IMG/VR virus record: IMGVR_UViG_3300043177_000198
Coordinates: 1 to 30,314 of that record
Reading direction: 5' to 3' (one strand)
Length of the DNA stretch: 30,314 nucleotides
Source: a virus
Taxonomy: Duplodnaviria; Caudoviricetes
The notes beneath the pieces were generated by a model that did not search any database, was not told where the DNA came from, and saw only the letters and a list, made by a program, of their open reading frames with translations. Positions 15,804 through 24,166 of the stretch are shown piece after piece (positions within the stretch are counted from its first letter, which is position 1; the number at the start of each line of letters is the position of its first letter). The translations under genes and the position numbers were made by a program.

Positions 15804-17705
15804 TTACGAAGCCGTGCCGATTGCACTCCGGCCGGTATGCGTAGCATCCTCGTAAGCCACGGTATAAAGATTTATCGTATTGTCATACCAAGTGAAGCTG
15901 TAGCTTCCGTTCCCCGACCGCGATGTCGCCGCAACCTTCTGGTCGGTGTCGTCGCGGAACAGGTCAATATAGACAGTGCCGCCGCTTGAACCGCTTATAC
16001 TACCGCTCACCGAATAGGTGATCGCGTGGTAGGTATACCACAAATCGGCCATCGCATATTGGTTTAACGCTTGCTTGATGGCCCAAGTCCGCGAGGTCGT
16101 CAGGGCCATGCGGCTGGTGTCGGGGCAGCCCGGATGATGTTTGAAAAATTCCTGAAAATTCGTGCAGGCTAAAAACACGCCGGCCTCGGTATCTGTGTTG
16201 CCCCAAGTCGCCTGAAGGTCGGCGAATCCGTTTCCTGAACCTTCACCGCCGGCATATTCAGCGGCGAGCGACGCCACGGGAACCAGAGACGCGGTGCCGC
16301 CAATAAAAACATACGTAACGGCGCCTATGGTCGAAATATAGTAGCTGGTCTCTGGGATATCGGCCTGACGGGTCGCCGTCCGCACCCGCACAAATGTGTC
16401 GTGCGCAAACAAGTTCTTAGCTACGCTGTGGTTGTGGACTCCGTCGCCACTCGCGTGTTTGGAGCTTGTGTAGTTGAGATAAATCACACCGCCGACCATA
16501 CCAGTAGCAAACTCTGCCGTTGAGGAATAAATACGGACGGAAAGAGTATTTTCTCCGCGTGCAAGCGATAGGCCGCTACCCTGTCCCGCGCCGCTGTCAA
16601 ATCGCTGGCCCGCGGCGGTCCCCCCGCAAAAAAGGCCGCCGGCATCGGCATATGTCTTGAACGCCTGTGAACCAATCGAGATGTTAATGTCTTTGATGCT
16701 CTCGGTTGTCCAATGTAGCACAATGCCGCTTTGGACAAGCGTTGGAGAGGTTTCTTCAACCATTATCTTGATATCGGCCCGATCGGCGTCGCCAGAGGCC
16801 GTGCCTACGCAAGTGCCCGCATAGATATTAAACGGTATCGCGAGCGAGTTGAGAACAGTCGAGCTGTTGCTGTGGTCATACTCATATGTAACGTAGAGCA
16901 CCACAGAAAAATGATTGAATGTGCCGCCCGTCGTGTTGGTTACGCTCGCTTTTAGGTCGTGCGTGGAGTTGGTCGCCATATCGTTCCGAACCCAGAGCCG
17001 CCTATACCAGCAACTGGAATATAGGCCCTCTTCATGTAGCCCGTCCGCGTCCTCACTCTCGCTATCAAGCGCCAAGTTCAGGCTGAAGTCCGTCGTTCCG
17101 GCGGCTGTCTCGTTGCCCTCGACCTGAAACCAGATGCACCTATAGGTCTTCGAGCTTTCGGGCAAGAAAGTATCCAAAGCCGGAACCTGATTCGACCCGA
17201 TGCTGGTCAATGAAGTGCTCAAGGTTGTGGGTGTGCTATCGAGCGGAATACGCGCTGTTCGAATCCTGGTCGTGGCAGAGCTATCGTCGTAGCTATAAGT
17301 GATGATAAGTTTGACGCAGTGGTTTATCGTGGAGGGGTTGGTAAACATAAAGCCGACTTGACAGGTCTGCGAACTCCCGCTGCCGAAGTTAGTGTTGAAA
17401 TAGCTCGTGACACTACGGGTTAATAGGTAGCTTAACTGCTCGCCGCTGTTGGAGAGGGTGGCCGAGACCGTGGCGTCGCTGAAGCTGGCCGCGCCGAGCT
17501 TTATTCCAATCAAGATTGCGCTCAGGCTGGTGGCCGTGGTGACCGTGTCGCGGGCCGTTAATTCGACGATTACGGATTGGAACGTCCGGCTGCTTGTCTC
17601 GGGTATGTAAATCGTTATGGCTGACAGGTCGAGGCGCGTTAAGGAAGCAAGAGAACTTTCGTTCTGTGGGAAAGCGTATTCGATTGTTTTAAGCCGCGTT
17701 GCCAT
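15804..17705 (-). CDS. Ser/Thr-rich structural protein (633 aa) with about 4 tandem 140-aa beta-rich domains
   Basis: SD GGAGGT; recurring IPETSSRT / LPESSKT / VEETSPT / IPETSYY and ITYSYD / VTYEYD / LNYTS / YTYHA motifs; located in the fibre block. Confidence 0.6.
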   Translation of the reverse strand: MATRLKTIEYAFPQNESSLASLTRLDLSAITIYIPETSSRTFQSVIVELTARDTVTTATSLSAILIGIKLGAASFSDATVSATLSNSGEQLSYLLTRSVTSYFNTNFGSGSSQTCQVGFMFTNPSTINHCVKLIITYSYDDSSATTRIRTARIPLDSTPTTLSTSLTSIGSNQVPALDTFLPESSKTYRCIWFQVEGNETAAGTTDFSLNLALDSESEDADGLHEEGLYSSCWYRRLWVRNDMATNSTHDLKASVTNTTGGTFNHFSVVLYVTYEYDHSNSSTVLNSLAIPFNIYAGTCVGTASGDADRADIKIMVEETSPTLVQSGIVLHWTTESIKDINISIGSQAFKTYADAGGLFCGGTAAGQRFDSGAGQGSGLSLARGENTLSVRIYSSTAEFATGMVGGVIYLNYTSSKHASGDGVHNHSVAKNLFAHDTFVRVRTATRQADIPETSYYISTIGAVTYVFIGGTASLVPVASLAAEYAGGEGSGNGFADLQATWGNTDTEAGVFLACTNFQEFFKHHPGCPDTSRMALTTSRTWAIKQALNQYAMADLWYTYHAITYSVSGSISGSSGGTVYIDLFRDDTDQKVAATSRSGNGSYSFTWYDNTINLYTVAYEDATHTGRSAIGTAS

Positions 17706-17752
17706 ATTCGTTCACCTCCATCTACCGGCCAGCGGGCGTTGTGGCACGAGGC

Positions 17753-18283
17753 TTATGAGAGGGTTATTTCAAGCGTGAGCTGCCAAGTCTGGCCCGCGGT
17801 TTTTGTGCCCTGGGCGCTGACCTTCCGGTTCAGGTTGTCAGCGGCGTCCGAGTTGCCGTTCGCTACGGTAAATTCGTTCCAGGCGTGATTTCCTTCGGCC
17901 GACCCGTAGCTGGCGCGCCAGGTGGCTTTCTGACTCGTCCCGTAGGTCGGGTAGCCGCCGTCCATCGCCTTATAGGTCTTGTTCGTGCCCTGAAGGCCGG
18001 TCTGGCTCGCGCTCTCCGCCGTGTTCGAATCGCCGACGCCCAAGTAGGCGTTGCTGTTGTCGAACTTCGTGCCGCTGGCCGAGCAAAGTATCGTCCAAAG
18101 CACATTAATGCCCTCATTGAGCAGCAAATTGCCCTCAATGACACTTTCCTGCGCCATGCCGTTGAACAACTGCCGGGCTTCGGTATCGCTATACCGACGG
18201 CCCTGTTTGTAGTCGTCCTCGCTTGCGTAGCGCAGGATTTTCCAGAGTGTCTTGTATGACACCTTTTCATTGATGGAACTCAT
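17753..18283 (-). CDS. Structural protein resembling a stand-alone fibre-attachment (tail-collar fibre N-terminal-like) domain, 176 aa
   Basis: SD AGGAGGT; pattern NLLLNEG...YLGVGDS...QTGL...EGNHAWNEF...LNRKV...GTK...WQLTLEITLS. Confidence 0.6.
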   Translation of the reverse strand: MSSINEKVSYKTLWKILRYASEDDYKQGRRYSDTEARQLFNGMAQESVIEGNLLLNEGINVLWTILCSASGTKFDNSNAYLGVGDSNTAESASQTGLQGTNKTYKAMDGGYPTYGTSQKATWRASYGSAEGNHAWNEFTVANGNSDAADNLNRKVSAQGTKTAGQTWQLTLEITLS

Positions 18284-18297
18284 GTTAAACCTCCTAT

Positions 18298-19422
18298 TTA
18301 GATCTTAAAGAAACACTCCGGCTGATCAGACGCCGATGGGTTGAAAGTGTATCCGCTCGCGTCGGCCGGCAGACCGCCAGAGATATCTACATATAAACCG
18401 GTCAGCACCGATGCTGACGAAAGAGCATGACCCAAAACATTGATGATATCATCTGCGTTGATAGAACGAACACCTGGCTCCCCGTCGCTCCAGATGGCAA
18501 GATAATAAACCTGCCCCGCGGTCAATTCTTCGCTCACATAATCCAGGGCGCCGCCCGTATAGCCGGCCTCAAGAATGACATATTCCAGCCGTGTATCGGG
18601 CTTGCCTGCGGACGTTGCGTCGTAGATTCCGACCTGTATATATTTGCCAGGGTCGCCGGTAGTGATGTAAGTGCCAAGAGCGACGATGGAAAAGGTGAAC
18701 CTTGGAATGAACGGCATCCAATATGTCCTCTGCGCCACCAGCTCCACAGTGCCCGTTATGGTTCCGGCATGCCCATGATACGGGCAAAATACGGGATCGG
18801 TTACAAAGGCATGGTCTACGTAGTTATAGCCCGACGGAGTAGAGGGCGCGGCGGCCCAGGTGCCGTCGCCGCGTAGATACTTTGACGTATCGTTCGGCGC
18901 TTTAGGGCACAGCCCGTGAGCGGACGTGGAAACGTCAAGGTCGGTGGTGTCATCGGGCGCGGCGAGATCGTCCAATTTAATGGAGTCGGAGCCGCCGGAA
19001 ATATGCGATGAAGCATGGGCTATCGGCGCCTCTTTGCCGAGGATGCCCTTATACCAAGCGCTCCCGTCGCTGAAGATATGCATGGCCGCGCCCGCCGAAA
19101 TCGTCGGGTTCGACTCACTGTCCACCGTCCCCACGACGGTTACTGTTCCGGCGCTGCTGTTCTTAATCCAATAATGCTTCGTTGATCCAGACCCAGCCAC
19201 CGAACTTGCGGCGGGAAGCGTAATCTGGATGGCTGCCGTGCAGACGACCACGGATTCGGCGTAGGTAAGCGTATAATTGGAGGACTTGGAGACTATGGCA
19301 AACTGATTTTTGATAACCCGCTTTATTTCGCGGTCAGAATCATTGAGTTCGGGAATGTAGGACGCGCCTTCCGTGGGTGTTGAGGTGTCCAGCTCCTTGA
19401 TGTTTTCAGCGTTGTAAGACAT
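18298..19422 (-). CDS. Tail fibre / receptor-binding protein (374 aa)
   Basis: TAATG-coupled to the nozzle gene; N-terminal anchor (ELNDSDREIKRVIK), ITLPAAS..YWIKNS..SDGSAWY module, YLRGDGTW motif, C-terminal domain paralogous to that of the 979-aa protein. Confidence 0.7.
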   Translation of the reverse strand: MSYNAENIKELDTSTPTEGASYIPELNDSDREIKRVIKNQFAIVSKSSNYTLTYAESVVVCTAAIQITLPAASSVAGSGSTKHYWIKNSSAGTVTVVGTVDSESNPTISAGAAMHIFSDGSAWYKGILGKEAPIAHASSHISGGSDSIKLDDLAAPDDTTDLDVSTSAHGLCPKAPNDTSKYLRGDGTWAAAPSTPSGYNYVDHAFVTDPVFCPYHGHAGTITGTVELVAQRTYWMPFIPRFTFSIVALGTYITTGDPGKYIQVGIYDATSAGKPDTRLEYVILEAGYTGGALDYVSEELTAGQVYYLAIWSDGEPGVRSINADDIINVLGHALSSASVLTGLYVDISGGLPADASGYTFNPSASDQPECFFKI

Positions 19423-20894
19423 TATCGCTCTCCTTCGGCTGCCATATCGCAATATAGCGAGCCTGATAATTTGGTGAAATCGTCCAAATCACAATGCAGC
19501 GCCATAAACCGATCGGAGCAACGGACATCGGCGCTACCGTCGGATTTTATATCAACATCGGGCGTTATGCTATAGGCGTCCATTGGGCTGTAGCGGTGAT
19601 GAATGCTAACCGTACCGGAGACGAGGCCTTCGGCTGGGACAAAAACCTTCCGGGCCATGCCGACCTTCGGGTAAATGTTATATTCACCCGTCTTGAGTTC
19701 TGATGACATAGACACACCCGTGAATTGATAGAAATTAAATTGCGTGCTTCCGCTTACAGCCATCGGCAGCACAAGGCCAGTGTCAACATTCAGAAGGTCT
19801 ATTATCGTCGAAGCTTCATCTATGCTTGTCGTAGTTAGGTCGTCCAGATATGTGTCGCCGTGCGGTGTCAGGTTTCCCAACAACGATACCGAGATGTCCA
19901 GTAGCGTGAATTTGTCTTCCTGATAATTATAGACGAGGATTTTGTCCGGCTCGCCATCGCTGGTGGAGGACGGGTAGGCCCACATTATCAGCCTGTTGGC
20001 GTAGTCGTGAGCAGCGGAGATACGGTGTGCGTAGGTATCGTTCACATTTTCCACAACCGCTTTCTTCACCCTGCTGGTAGATATGTCTTTTATTGTCCCG
20101 TCCTGCTGAAGCTGGTAAATCGCATTGCGCCCCCAAAAGAACACGGCGGGGCCGATGGAGATGATGCTATTGGGGTATCGGCATCCAACGCCGGCGTAGG
20201 CATTCACCCTGAAGGCAAAGACATAGACGCTGGAATATTCTGCTATGGTTAGGCTGTCGTGAGAGAAAATCACGAAATCATCACCGATGGCGCCGAGGCC
20301 CGTGATATCGCCGAGCATCTCGGGGAAGTCCTGATAATCAGCGCCAGTCGTAAGGCTCGGCGTCCAATCTTCGGGGTTTTCCCGCGCCGACCACCGTATC
20401 CGCTTGGGGTATCCCGTCCCATCCTCGTTGGTGTTGGCAAGAATGAGATGCCCCCTGCGAAGCAGCATATATTTAGCCTTGGGCGGCGAACCGCCGAGGT
20501 TGCTTACGACCGACCCGTTGGGGTTCTTCAATACCTTGATGTTGTCTATGCCGTTTGTCGCGATGAGCCAATCCCCATAGTTCTGGAACCGCCAGGAAGT
20601 GCAGTTGTATGTGGCATCGCTTATGTCAGTAGCCGAGTCGTTTGCTACTCGGTAAAGCTTCACCGTTGTGCCGACAAAGTTTCGCCAGATGCCGTCTGAT
20701 GCACCAAACGCGATTGCCGCCAGCGGCGTGTAGTCGATGGTGGCGCTCCCCCATTGATATAGACTGTTCATGGGGCGATAGCCGCCGTCTATCGGGATGA
20801 GATTTTTGGCGATTTGGAGACCGCCCAAAGCGCCAATCTCCGCAGGCGAAAGGTCGGGCAGCCAGCCTGCCCCAATTTTTATGGGCATAAGCAT
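19422..20894 (-). CDS. Tail nozzle / tubular protein B (P22 gp10 / T7 gp12 equivalent), beta-propeller-like
   Basis: 490 aa, beta-rich; RIRWSARENPEDW...GDITGL...GVGCRYPNSI...VFFWGRNAIY; follows the adaptor gene. Confidence 0.78.
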   Translation of the reverse strand: MLMPIKIGAGWLPDLSPAEIGALGGLQIAKNLIPIDGGYRPMNSLYQWGSATIDYTPLAAIAFGASDGIWRNFVGTTVKLYRVANDSATDISDATYNCTSWRFQNYGDWLIATNGIDNIKVLKNPNGSVVSNLGGSPPKAKYMLLRRGHLILANTNEDGTGYPKRIRWSARENPEDWTPSLTTGADYQDFPEMLGDITGLGAIGDDFVIFSHDSLTIAEYSSVYVFAFRVNAYAGVGCRYPNSIISIGPAVFFWGRNAIYQLQQDGTIKDISTSRVKKAVVENVNDTYAHRISAAHDYANRLIMWAYPSSTSDGEPDKILVYNYQEDKFTLLDISVSLLGNLTPHGDTYLDDLTTTSIDEASTIIDLLNVDTGLVLPMAVSGSTQFNFYQFTGVSMSSELKTGEYNIYPKVGMARKVFVPAEGLVSGTVSIHHRYSPMDAYSITPDVDIKSDGSADVRCSDRFMALHCDLDDFTKLSGSLYCDMAAEGER

Positions 20895-20909
20895 TTGCCG
20901 CCCTCCCTG

Positions 20910-21536
20910 TTATATCACTTGCCAGCCCCCTCTAATGTTCTGATAGCCGGAAAACTCCAGTGAGTTCTTAACGAAAACCAGGCGACGCACCGCCTCTTGA
21001 TAAATTCCAAGCCAAATCTGCAGGCGTGCATCATCAAGCAGGAAAGGCTGGGCTTCCAACAGCGCACCGTAAAGCAGGACATTCCAATGCTCGTCCGTCC
21101 AGATGTTGTGGTTATTGGATTCGCTTAAATCATCGGAATACGGTATATAGCGCAGTTCATAGGTATAGTCCCGATCCGGCTCTGGCGCGAATTTTATGAC
21201 ATTGTTTGCCCAATCAATGGCGAAATACCGCGGTCTGCCCGTCGAGCCGTAAGATGTCGGAAGCAGCGTCAGGTCATCAATGCTGGTTTGTCGGCAATCG
21301 TAGGTGTAACCGTCCGCCGTCACCCGCAAAGATTTGACCTTGCGCAGGGCGCTTGGGATACTAATTGTGGGGCTGGACTCAAGGATGGAGCCGGACTGCA
21401 CCTGCTCCAGCCAAGGCCAATCATCCGTTTCCTCTAAGCGGCGCTGTGCCAGATTTATGAAGTCGGTAATGTAGGCCGACAGGTCTGACCTGTTCAGATA
21501 AGCCGTAACCTTGTCCTGAAGTTCATTCAGATACAT
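20910..21536 (-). CDS. Head-tail adaptor / tubular protein A (208 aa)
   Basis: YLNRSDL...DFINLAQRRL...GRPRYFA...FAPEPDRDY...LLYGALLEAQPFLLDDAR is typical of podophage adaptors; TAATG-coupled start at 21536. Confidence 0.82.
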   Translation of the reverse strand: MYLNELQDKVTAYLNRSDLSAYITDFINLAQRRLEETDDWPWLEQVQSGSILESSPTISIPSALRKVKSLRVTADGYTYDCRQTSIDDLTLLPTSYGSTGRPRYFAIDWANNVIKFAPEPDRDYTYELRYIPYSDDLSESNNHNIWTDEHWNVLLYGALLEAQPFLLDDARLQIWLGIYQEAVRRLVFVKNSLEFSGYQNIRGGWQVI

Positions 21537-21868
21537 TAGCAGGGGCCCTTTTTGTGTCCGGCAAGGGCGAACCTGTTGGGGAACTCCCTGCCGCACTTAT
21601 CACAAACAAACCGCTGCTCCGTGGCAGGCTTTGACTCCTCTTGTTCTCCCAACACAAGAACCCGATATCGCGGTCGGGGGGCAAACACGACATTCCCTGT
21701 CTTGTCCTTTTCCCAGGTCTCGATGACGGCGTGCTGCAGAACGTCTACATATTCGGGCTTCAGGTCGATTTCCACTCCGCACAAACCCTGAACATTTACG
21801 CCGTTGACGCTCAAATAGAATTCGCGCTGATCGGGATTCTCGATGTTGTAAACAATCGCTTTAGGCAT
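21536..21868 (-). CDS. Capsid-adjacent small protein (110 aa) with C-terminal classical C2H2-type (C2HC) zinc finger
   Basis: SD AGGAGG before ATG 21868; LSVNG...EYVDVLQHA...PRY domain plus FVCDKCGREFPNRFALAGHKKGPC. Confidence 0.72.
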   Translation of the reverse strand: MPKAIVYNIENPDQREFYLSVNGVNVQGLCGVEIDLKPEYVDVLQHAVIETWEKDKTGNVVFAPRPRYRVLVLGEQEESKPATEQRFVCDKCGREFPNRFALAGHKKGPC

Positions 21869-21900
21869 AATCCATTCCTCCTGCCATATATATGGGCGCC

Positions 21901-21927
21901 AGGGGGAGAGGCCGGGCCCCCCCCCTA
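21901..21927 (-). other. GC-rich stem-loop immediately after the capsid gene (possible attenuator or mRNA-stabilising hairpin; no U-tract)
   Basis: Minus strand AGGGGGGGGGCCCGGCCTCTCCCCCT can fold with G-U pairs. Confidence 0.4.
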
Positions 21928-21939
21928 ACACTCCATCAT

Positions 21940-22926
21940 TTACAGAGCAGCCGCACTCTCAATCCTCACCATGAAGGAATCGTTGAGGATCTTACAGACA
22001 GTCGTTGCCTTCCAGCCAGAGGTGCACCGCTGGTCGAGCGGGTCTGCGCTGCCGGCCGATCCGAGCGTCTTCACGATATTGCGCAAGCCCTCGCCCCTCA
22101 ATTCGGTGATACCGTAGGCGTCCTTGGCGAATATGAGCGTCGCGTAAACATCAGCCGAACCCGCCGTGTTCTTGACGGAACTGCTTGTGGCACCTGCGCC
22201 TGTCCAGATCTTTGCGTTAGTAGAAGCCACAAACCTGATGTTCTTGTAAGCGCCGATTTCGCCTTCGACAACAGGCCCCTGGGACGCATATTTATCGACG
22301 GAAATGAATCCCGACAAGCCTTCGAGCGTGTATTCTACATCCGGGTGCACGATGGCGAAGTAGGCGGAGCGGATGGGCTGCGTGCCGATACCGGTGCCGG
22401 CCTTGATGATCGACGTGTGCATCTTGGAGTTGTTGTTCTTGAGCAACCGAATGGCCTTGTCGAGGTCGGTGGTGCTGATGAGATCAACGACTTGGTTGCG
22501 GGCCGTCTTGCCATTGGCGTAAATGACCGACGTGCCGGCAACGAGAACATCGCGGTAAACCTGGTCAAGCGTATCGCCGGCCTGCTCTCCCAGCACCTCG
22601 GCGGCCTCAACGAGCGGCGACTCGACGTTGACCAACGTCACCATGTCGGTTAAGGTCACGTAATCGCCATACTGCGCGATTGTGGCCGTGATGTCCGTCA
22701 CGGAGAGCTGGCTTCCAGTCGGGGTCGTGCCTTCAGTCAAGGCGGTCGTTGCCGCGCTGAGTGAGGCGTATTTGCGGAACTTGATGACTTTGCTGTTATT
22801 TTTAGGCAGGGGCCTGCGCTGGCCGAATTTGTCGTGCGCCAGATAGGGAAGCGCCCTAACCAGCAGCGTGCGATCATAAAATTCAGATACAGCAGCAGGA
22901 ACCTGCGTTGTGGTTGTGTTTGCCAT
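21940..22926 (-). CDS. Major capsid protein, N4-gp56 family (HK97 fold)
   Basis: FYDRTLL...FGQRRPLPKNNSKVIKFRKY...LTEGTTP...QYGDYVTLTD...GEIG...IRFV...DPLDQR..SGWK motifs; follows the scaffold. Confidence 0.93.
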   Translation of the reverse strand: MANTTTTQVPAAVSEFYDRTLLVRALPYLAHDKFGQRRPLPKNNSKVIKFRKYASLSAATTALTEGTTPTGSQLSVTDITATIAQYGDYVTLTDMVTLVNVESPLVEAAEVLGEQAGDTLDQVYRDVLVAGTSVIYANGKTARNQVVDLISTTDLDKAIRLLKNNNSKMHTSIIKAGTGIGTQPIRSAYFAIVHPDVEYTLEGLSGFISVDKYASQGPVVEGEIGAYKNIRFVASTNAKIWTGAGATSSSVKNTAGSADVYATLIFAKDAYGITELRGEGLRNIVKTLGSAGSADPLDQRCTSGWKATTVCKILNDSFMVRIESAAAL

Positions 22927-22929
22927 TTG

Positions 22930-23835
22930 TTATCTCCCAAACTTGTGTTGTGTGATTAGTTGTTCAAACTGCTCATCAGACAGAGAACGGATTGCTGAAC
23001 CCCTCTTGCCGGCTTCAAGCCCAGACGAGCCGGGCCTGTTGAGTATCGGCGGCGCTGTTTTGACCTGCTTCTGTTCTGCCCTCTTTCCGGCGTTGATCCG
23101 GTTATACAAACGATTTATGGCGATGGTAACCTTGGCCGCAGTTTCGCCCATGATGGCCGGGTCTGTCAGGCGGCTGATTTCTTCTTCCGTCAGGCCGAGT
23201 TCCTTGACCGCAAACTCGGTCAACAGTGGCGCCCGTGCATCAAAATCGGGGATTTCTCGCCTGACAGCGCTGACGACCTCGCCGCTCCGCTGCGTGCTGC
23301 GCGTGATATTCTCGATTTCCATCTGCCTGCGAAAAATCAGATTTGTTTTAAGGTCGCGCAGTTCAAGCGCTTCCTCCATCATCCCGTCCTTCGTAAGCTT
23401 GGAGATTTGGGCGTCGAGATGCGTCAATACGCCTTGGGGGTCTTCGGCAAAGGCCTCGTAGATATCCCTCGGCTTCCTTTCGGCGGGCCTCTCCTTCATG
23501 GCCATCATCTTTTTTGTGTAGTCGGCCTGCATCCTGCGGTAGGCCGCCACCGCCGCGTCGTAAGCGGGCTTTAGATTGTCCGGCACCCGTTCAGGGTCAA
23601 TGTGAACGGGGCTTTTCAGAAGCAGCGCCTGGAAATCCTCGGTAGAATAATAATTCTTGGATTGTCCGGCCTTGCTGGACTCCTCGCCGCCTTCAGGCGA
23701 TTCATTCTCCAGGCCGGATTCCTCGCCGCCTTGCTCTGAATCGATGGATTTCTCCTGATCGTTCAAAGCCGCGTCTTCTTCGAGCAGGAAATTGTCCTGT
23801 CCGGATTCTCCTGCCGTCTTTTCGGGGTCAGGCAT
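22930..23835 (-). CDS. Capsid scaffolding protein (301 aa)
   Basis: SD GAGGAGG before ATG 23835; acidic disordered N-terminus, MQADYTKK motif, helical core; directly upstream of the MCP. Confidence 0.8.
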   Translation of the reverse strand: MPDPEKTAGESGQDNFLLEEDAALNDQEKSIDSEQGGEESGLENESPEGGEESSKAGQSKNYYSTEDFQALLLKSPVHIDPERVPDNLKPAYDAAVAAYRRMQADYTKKMMAMKERPAERKPRDIYEAFAEDPQGVLTHLDAQISKLTKDGMMEEALELRDLKTNLIFRRQMEIENITRSTQRSGEVVSAVRREIPDFDARAPLLTEFAVKELGLTEEEISRLTDPAIMGETAAKVTIAINRLYNRINAGKRAEQKQVKTAPPILNRPGSSGLEAGKRGSAIRSLSDEQFEQLITQHKFGR

Positions 23836-24166
23836 TGTTCCTCCTCGCTGATTCGAGTTTTCCCTCATATAGTTTAGCGTCATAAATGGCGCTTGTCAAC
23901 TCCGTGTTTATTGCCTGCTCTACGGCGATGACGGCCTGTAATAGCAGCCAATCCGATTCACGCTGGGCTATATTAGTCATGTTGTCGCAATTCAACCAAT
24001 GCTGGATGAGCCGGGCCTTGATGTTGTTGATAACCTCGCCGTAAAGCTTGTTCTCCATAATCTCCTTGGCGAGCGCTGCCCTCTCGAACGGGTCTTGGAT
24101 ATCCCTTCGCTCCACCGGTATTTCCGGCAGGTTCAGGCTTTTCTTTTGTTTCTTGAAAATACTCAC
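23828..24166 (-). CDS. Small helical protein between portal and scaffold (112 aa)
   Basis: GTG start overlaps the portal stop (GTGA); conserved position in podophage head modules. Confidence 0.7.
   Translation of the reverse strand: MSIFKKQKKSLNLPEIPVERRDIQDPFERAALAKEIMENKLYGEVINNIKARLIQHWLNCDNMTNIAQRESDWLLLQAVIAVEQAINTELTSAIYDAKLYEGKLESARRNNA

Noticed and set aside
12852-19422. Diversity-generating retroelement or invertible fibre cassette
   Set aside because: The paralogous segments are diverged at all base types, with no near-identical TR/VR pair differing only at adenines. No reverse transcriptase, invertase or inverted crossover sites were seen in the window.
21892-22653. 253-aa plus-strand ORF antisense to the major capsid gene
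   Set aside because: Shadow ORF expected from GC-rich codon bias; no SD, no recognisable motifs, and fully opposite a clear gene.
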